From contig JBMNHB010000001.1 in NCBI GenBank assembly GCA_050950145.1, positions 492,820-556,819 of the forward strand: a DNA stretch of 64,000 nucleotides. The letters run 5' to 3'. Of this stretch, positions 59,938-64,000 are shown in pieces. The stretch is from Candidatus Dojkabacteria bacterium (GTDB lineage: Bacteria; Patescibacteriota; Dojkabacteria; SC72). Made by a program: the position numbers and the translations under genes. Position 1 is the first letter of the stretch. Each line of letters begins with the position of its first letter. The notes under the pieces are model-generated. The model searched no databases, was not told the origin of the DNA, and worked only from the letters and a program-made list of their open reading frames with translations.

Positions 59938-60958
59938 TAGATTCTAGATATTTTAAACCTTTCTGTGTAAGTACTCTACCCCTACTTGTGCGCTTGATAA
60001 AACCACATTTCATAAGGTATGGTTCATGTACATCAGAAACTGTTCCTTCATCTTCAGAAATCGAAGCTGCAAGTGTAGATACCCCTACTGGACCACCAGC
60101 AAAATTATTCAAAAGAGTAAAAAGTATCTCCCTATCTATCTTCTCTAACCCCATCCTATCTATTCCGAGTAAATTCATTGTCTTTTTTACTGTTTCCATT
60201 GTAATACTACCCTCTTTCTTACTCTCTGCATAGTCTCTACACCTTCTAAGAAGTCTTAACCCTACTCTAGCAGTACCTCGGGAAATAGTAGCAAGAGAGC
60301 TAAGAGCATCATCATCAATCTCAATATTCCATAGTCTACAAGCCCTTTTTAGAATCTCAACTAAATCACCTTCAGAGAAGAAGTCCAGCCTCTGTATTAA
60401 CCCAAACCTATCTCTCATAGGAGAGCTAATCTTACCAATTTGTGTTGTTGCACCAATTAAAGTAAATGGTTCAAGACTTAATCTAATCGTCTTTGCAGTT
60501 GGTCCTTTACCCATTACAATATCTAACATACCATCTTCCATAGCTGGATAAAGAATCTCCTCTACTACCTTAGGTAATCTATGAATTTCATCTATGAAAA
60601 TTACATCATTTTTTTTCAAGCCTGTTAATATCGCTGCCAAATCACCCTGCCTTTCAATTGCAGGTCCTGATGTAATCTTAATAGATGCTCCTACTTCATT
60701 AGCAATAGCTACAGCAAATGTTGTTTTACCAAGCCCTGGAGGACCATAGAAGAGGATATGATCAATAACTTCCTTTCTTCTCCTTGCAGAATTGATCATA
60801 ATTTTAAGGGTTTCCTTTTCTAGTTCTCTACCAATAATTTCATCTAATTTACTTGGTCTAATTTTCTCCTCATACTGTACAATAGATGCTTTACTATCAT
60901 CCTTTTTAGGATGTTTACTTTTTTTGTTTAGGGATTTCTCCTTACTTGACTCAATCAT
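59918..60958 (-). CDS. ruvB: Holliday junction helicase RuvB
   Basis: GPPGLGKTT, TSGPAIE, FIDEIHRL, LYPAMED, FTLIGATT and GGPVG motifs. Confidence 0.98.
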   Translation of the reverse strand: MIESSKEKSLNKKSKHPKKDDSKASIVQYEEKIRPSKLDEIIGRELEKETLKIMINSARRRKEVIDHILFYGPPGLGKTTFAVAIANEVGASIKITSGPAIERQGDLAAILTGLKKNDVIFIDEIHRLPKVVEEILYPAMEDGMLDIVMGKGPTAKTIRLSLEPFTLIGATTQIGKISSPMRDRFGLIQRLDFFSEGDLVEILKRACRLWNIEIDDDALSSLATISRGTARVGLRLLRRCRDYAESKKEGSITMETVKKTMNLLGIDRMGLEKIDREILFTLLNNFAGGPVGVSTLAASISEDEGTVSDVHEPYLMKCGFIKRTSRGRVLTQKGLKYLESIENEKR

Positions 60959-61539
60959 TAGTTTTTAATCACTTCTTTAATTAATTCTTCAGCAGTAATA
61001 TCTTTGTTCTTCTTTACAATATCTTCAGCTAATTTAATTTTTTCTTTGATAGAGGTTGTATCAAAACCAAGTGTTTTAAGAGCACCTTTTACATCTTTGA
61101 GTAATGTAGAATCTTCTTCTGAAGTCTTAGTTAGATCAACTATTCCTCTTAGTTCAATAATGATCTTTTGAGCTCTCTTCATACCTAAACCTGGTACTTT
61201 ACTTAGACTTCTTGCATCTCCCTCCTCTATTAACCCTTCTAATTCATCTCTTGAGAATGCAGATAATATAGACATACCAATCTTAGGTCCTACTCCTGAT
61301 ACTTGGATTAATTGTTCAAAAAAATTCCTTTCATTTTCATTAGTAAAACCATACAATGCTTGGGTGTCTTCTCTTACATGAAAGTGAGTAAAAAGTGAGT
61401 ACTCTTCTCCTATTGCAGGTATTATATATGAACTTGGTACTGATATTCTGTATCCTACTCCACCATTTGTTAATATGTCTACATATGTATCCTTAGATAC
61501 AACTATTTTCTGAATAGTTCCTGTTATGTATGATATCAT
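60958..61539 (-). CDS. ruvA: Holliday junction DNA-binding protein RuvA
   Basis: GVGY, VRED...LYGF, VSGVGPK and VPGLGMKRA motifs. Confidence 0.97.
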   Translation of the reverse strand: MISYITGTIQKIVVSKDTYVDILTNGGVGYRISVPSSYIIPAIGEEYSLFTHFHVREDTQALYGFTNENERNFFEQLIQVSGVGPKIGMSILSAFSRDELEGLIEEGDARSLSKVPGLGMKRAQKIIIELRGIVDLTKTSEEDSTLLKDVKGALKTLGFDTTSIKEKIKLAEDIVKKNKDITAEELIKEVIKN

Positions 61540-61560
61540 ACCTACATTATACTATATTCT

Positions 61561-62070
61561 TTAAGAGGATGTACTATTAGCTATCTTCTTCTCCCTAGAC
61601 ACCAACACCTCTGTTGCAATTGCAATAGCTATAGCATCTGCAGCATCATCTGGCTTAGGTAACTCATCCATACCACATAACATCTTAACAGCTTCTTGTA
61701 CTTGCTTTTTATCAGCCTTACCATATCCTGTTACAGTACTCTTTACTTGTAATGGTGTCATTTCAGAAAGAGGTAAGTTAGATTGTTCTAAAGCTAAAAG
61801 AACTACACCTCTAGCCTCACCTACCGATATCGCTGTTTTTTGATTATTGTAAAAAAGAAGTGTTTCCATACCAGCATACTCTGGTTTATACTTCCTAACT
61901 AACTCTAATACATCTTGATATATCTCACATAGTCTTTCTGATACAGTAAGACCCTTTTTAGTAGTAATACAACCATAATCTAAAACATGAGGTTTTGAAT
62001 CATTATCAAACTCTACAACAGACCAACCTGTTGTAGCTAATCCTGGATCTATACCTATTATTCTAATCAT
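61561..62070 (-). CDS. ruvC: Holliday junction resolvase RuvC
   Basis: IIGIDPG, GEARGV, TPLQVK..VTGYGKADK and PDDAADAIAIA motifs. Confidence 0.97.
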   Translation of the reverse strand: MIRIIGIDPGLATTGWSVVEFDNDSKPHVLDYGCITTKKGLTVSERLCEIYQDVLELVRKYKPEYAGMETLLFYNNQKTAISVGEARGVVLLALEQSNLPLSEMTPLQVKSTVTGYGKADKKQVQEAVKMLCGMDELPKPDDAADAIAIAIATEVLVSREKKIANSTSS

Positions 62071-62100
62071 ACTTTATTTTACCATAAGACAACCCTCAAC

Positions 62101-62286
62101 ACAGACCTGGTCTGTTGATTTTGTCTCTTCTAGAAAGCCTTTAAGGGTGTTTTTCACCACTTTTTAATCTTACTACAGGTAATAAATTCAATCAAAAGAA
62201 GATTTCTCCTAACAATATTTTATTGAAAACTGTAAAAGACAAAGAAAACATAAATGGGAGAAGGTAAAACTGACAGACCAGGTCTG
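62101..62286. repeat. Pair of CAGACCWGGTCTG palindromes between yebC and ruvC
   Basis: ACAGACCTGGTCTGT at 62101-62115 and CAGACCAGGTCTG at about 62274-62286. Confidence 0.8.
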
Positions 62287-62295
62287 GGTTGTACC

Positions 62296-63075
62296 CTACT
62301 CCAAATCACTCCAAACATTCTGTACATCATCATGATCTTCTAACTTCTCAATAGCAGCATTAACCTTCTCTAATTCTTCTCCTTCTAATTTCTTTAAAAC
62401 ATTAGCTTCTTTAATAAGCTCTGCCTCTTTCATAACATAACCTAACTTATTAATACTATCTCTTACAGAACCAAAACTATCATATTTAGTATATATAGCT
62501 AAACCTTTCTTACCATCATCCTCATACTCATGAATATCTAAAACACCTGGTAGATCCATAATATTAAGTTCTACCTCCTCTGGATTATCTTCTACATATT
62601 TATCTTCCTCTCCATACTTCTCTGTCTCCTCCATATGTCCACACAATATTTCAAAGTATCCCTTAGTCTCAAAATTCCATGATACAGAACCTACATCACC
62701 CATCTTTCCCCCTATCTCATCAAAAAGCTGTCTTAGATCGGCCACCGTCCTATTCTTATTATCCGTAAGTACATCAACAACTAACTGTACATCATGAGGA
62801 CCAAATCCCTCATATGTAATCTCTTCAATGATAACACCATCACTACCCTCCCCTGTACCTTTTTTAATTGCTTTTTCAATATTATCATTAGAAAAACCAA
62901 CAGCCTTAGCTTTATCAATATACAATCTTAATGTAGGATTCATAGTTGGATCACCACCACCCTGTTTAGCTGCATGTGTTATCTGTACAGATACTTTAGA
63001 GAAAGATTTACCCTTCTTAGCATCATTAATAGCTTTTTTATGTTTAATTGTATCCCATTTAGAATGTCCTGACAT
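62296..63075 (-). CDS. yebC: YebC/PmpR family protein
   Basis: MSGHSKW, YEGFGP, TDNKNRT and LEDHDDVQNVW motifs; known synteny with ruvCAB. Confidence 0.96.
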   Translation of the reverse strand: MSGHSKWDTIKHKKAINDAKKGKSFSKVSVQITHAAKQGGGDPTMNPTLRLYIDKAKAVGFSNDNIEKAIKKGTGEGSDGVIIEEITYEGFGPHDVQLVVDVLTDNKNRTVADLRQLFDEIGGKMGDVGSVSWNFETKGYFEILCGHMEETEKYGEEDKYVEDNPEEVELNIMDLPGVLDIHEYEDDGKKGLAIYTKYDSFGSVRDSINKLGYVMKEAELIKEANVLKKLEGEELEKVNAAIEKLEDHDDVQNVWSDLE

Positions 63076-63197
63076 ATACTAGTAATGTTATATTACTAAC
63101 ATTATTCTAACACAAAGGATATGGTTTGAAAAGAAGATATGGAACTCTTTATACCTATCACAATACAAAGAGTTCCAACCTAGAACAAAGGTTTTTT

Positions 63198-63779
63198 CTA
63201 TCTTTCTTGATACCACCTGGCAATTTCGCTTAAGATTCTTTCCACAACGGTGTAGTAGGATACAATCCTGGAAACTGCTACCGATAGAACAGTTGGAAGT
63301 ATACCAAAAGCACAATAATCGTGAAGGTTTTGAACAATCAGATAAGAAATATCTGAAAGTAACCATTCAATATCCTCCAACTCATCCTTTTTATCTCCAT
63401 CTATAACTACTTTATTATGTTCTTGAGTCATAAAAATCATACCATTGCCTACAACCCGAACCTCAAGAACATATCCCTGAACTGAAAGAAAAATAATAAT
63501 CCCTTTGGGAATTTGTTCTTTAGAAATTGTTTCTACAAGCTGATAGGTTGTCTCTAAGTTGCCATTTTCAAGTCTAATATAGACTTCACCATTTCCTGCT
63601 TCAATGGCACACACAGTCTCTATTGTCTCAAGAAAAGCTATCAGAGACTTCCTACATCCCTTGTTTAAGGATAATATTAAAACAACACCTTCGGTAAATA
63701 CAATCACTGGCAAGTTTACTACTTTCAAAATATCTGCACATTCCCTCATTTTTTCTTTTTGAAACTCGGAATTATCCAT
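63198..63779 (-). CDS. Hypothetical protein
   Basis: 193-aa ORF with SD AAGGAG upstream; no recognised motif. Confidence 0.5.
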   Translation of the reverse strand: MDNSEFQKEKMRECADILKVVNLPVIVFTEGVVLILSLNKGCRKSLIAFLETIETVCAIEAGNGEVYIRLENGNLETTYQLVETISKEQIPKGIIIFLSVQGYVLEVRVVGNGMIFMTQEHNKVVIDGDKKDELEDIEWLLSDISYLIVQNLHDYCAFGILPTVLSVAVSRIVSYYTVVERILSEIARWYQER

Positions 63780-64000
63780 ACTTTTCTCCTTTGCCTTTCG
63801 GCTTTTTTATTTTTTGGTACACTTCTGTGCCTAATACAACCCTCAATAAAACATATATTAAGAATCATATAGAGCACAAAAGGTATTAAATAAAACCAAG
63901 AAATATAATAAGAAAAAAACCTTTGTTGTTAATGAACAATACCTACATACTAAGATAATAGATATCTATATTCATCATAACATTCTATGGGATTATATTC

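Overview
AT-rich bacterial chromosome segment read with the standard code (for example, rnc ends in TGA). The gene set, compact layout and near-absence of Shine-Dalgarno motifs suggest Patescibacteria/CPR, possibly Dojkabacteria; this is an inference. Housekeeping genes include hisS, mutS, tig-clpP, tRNA-Val, dus, rpmF-nusB-rnc-rpsP-khpA, gyrB/gyrA, a Xer-type recombinase and yebC-ruvCAB. There is also a type IV pilus cluster, two sortases with candidate substrates, glycosyltransferases, an AbiE toxin-antitoxin pair and a RAYT transposase with dispersed REP-like palindromes. The most unusual locus is a transcription unit at about 49.0-50.3 kb. Its 230-aa orphan ORF is looped out of a large nested RNA structure with long-range 5'/3' pairing, and it ends in an intact type III hammerhead ribozyme. 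A 10-nt direct repeat at both ends would join it into a ~1.05-kb circle with an extended ribozyme stem. Also notable are five tiny promoter-hairpin-U-tract sRNA units around a NYN ribonuclease gene, two further end-paired intergenic elements (34.9 and 58.7 kb), a PEP-synthase-like protein with Asp in place of the phospho-His, and widespread leaderless gene starts. All structures and motifs were read by eye; no folding or database search was run.
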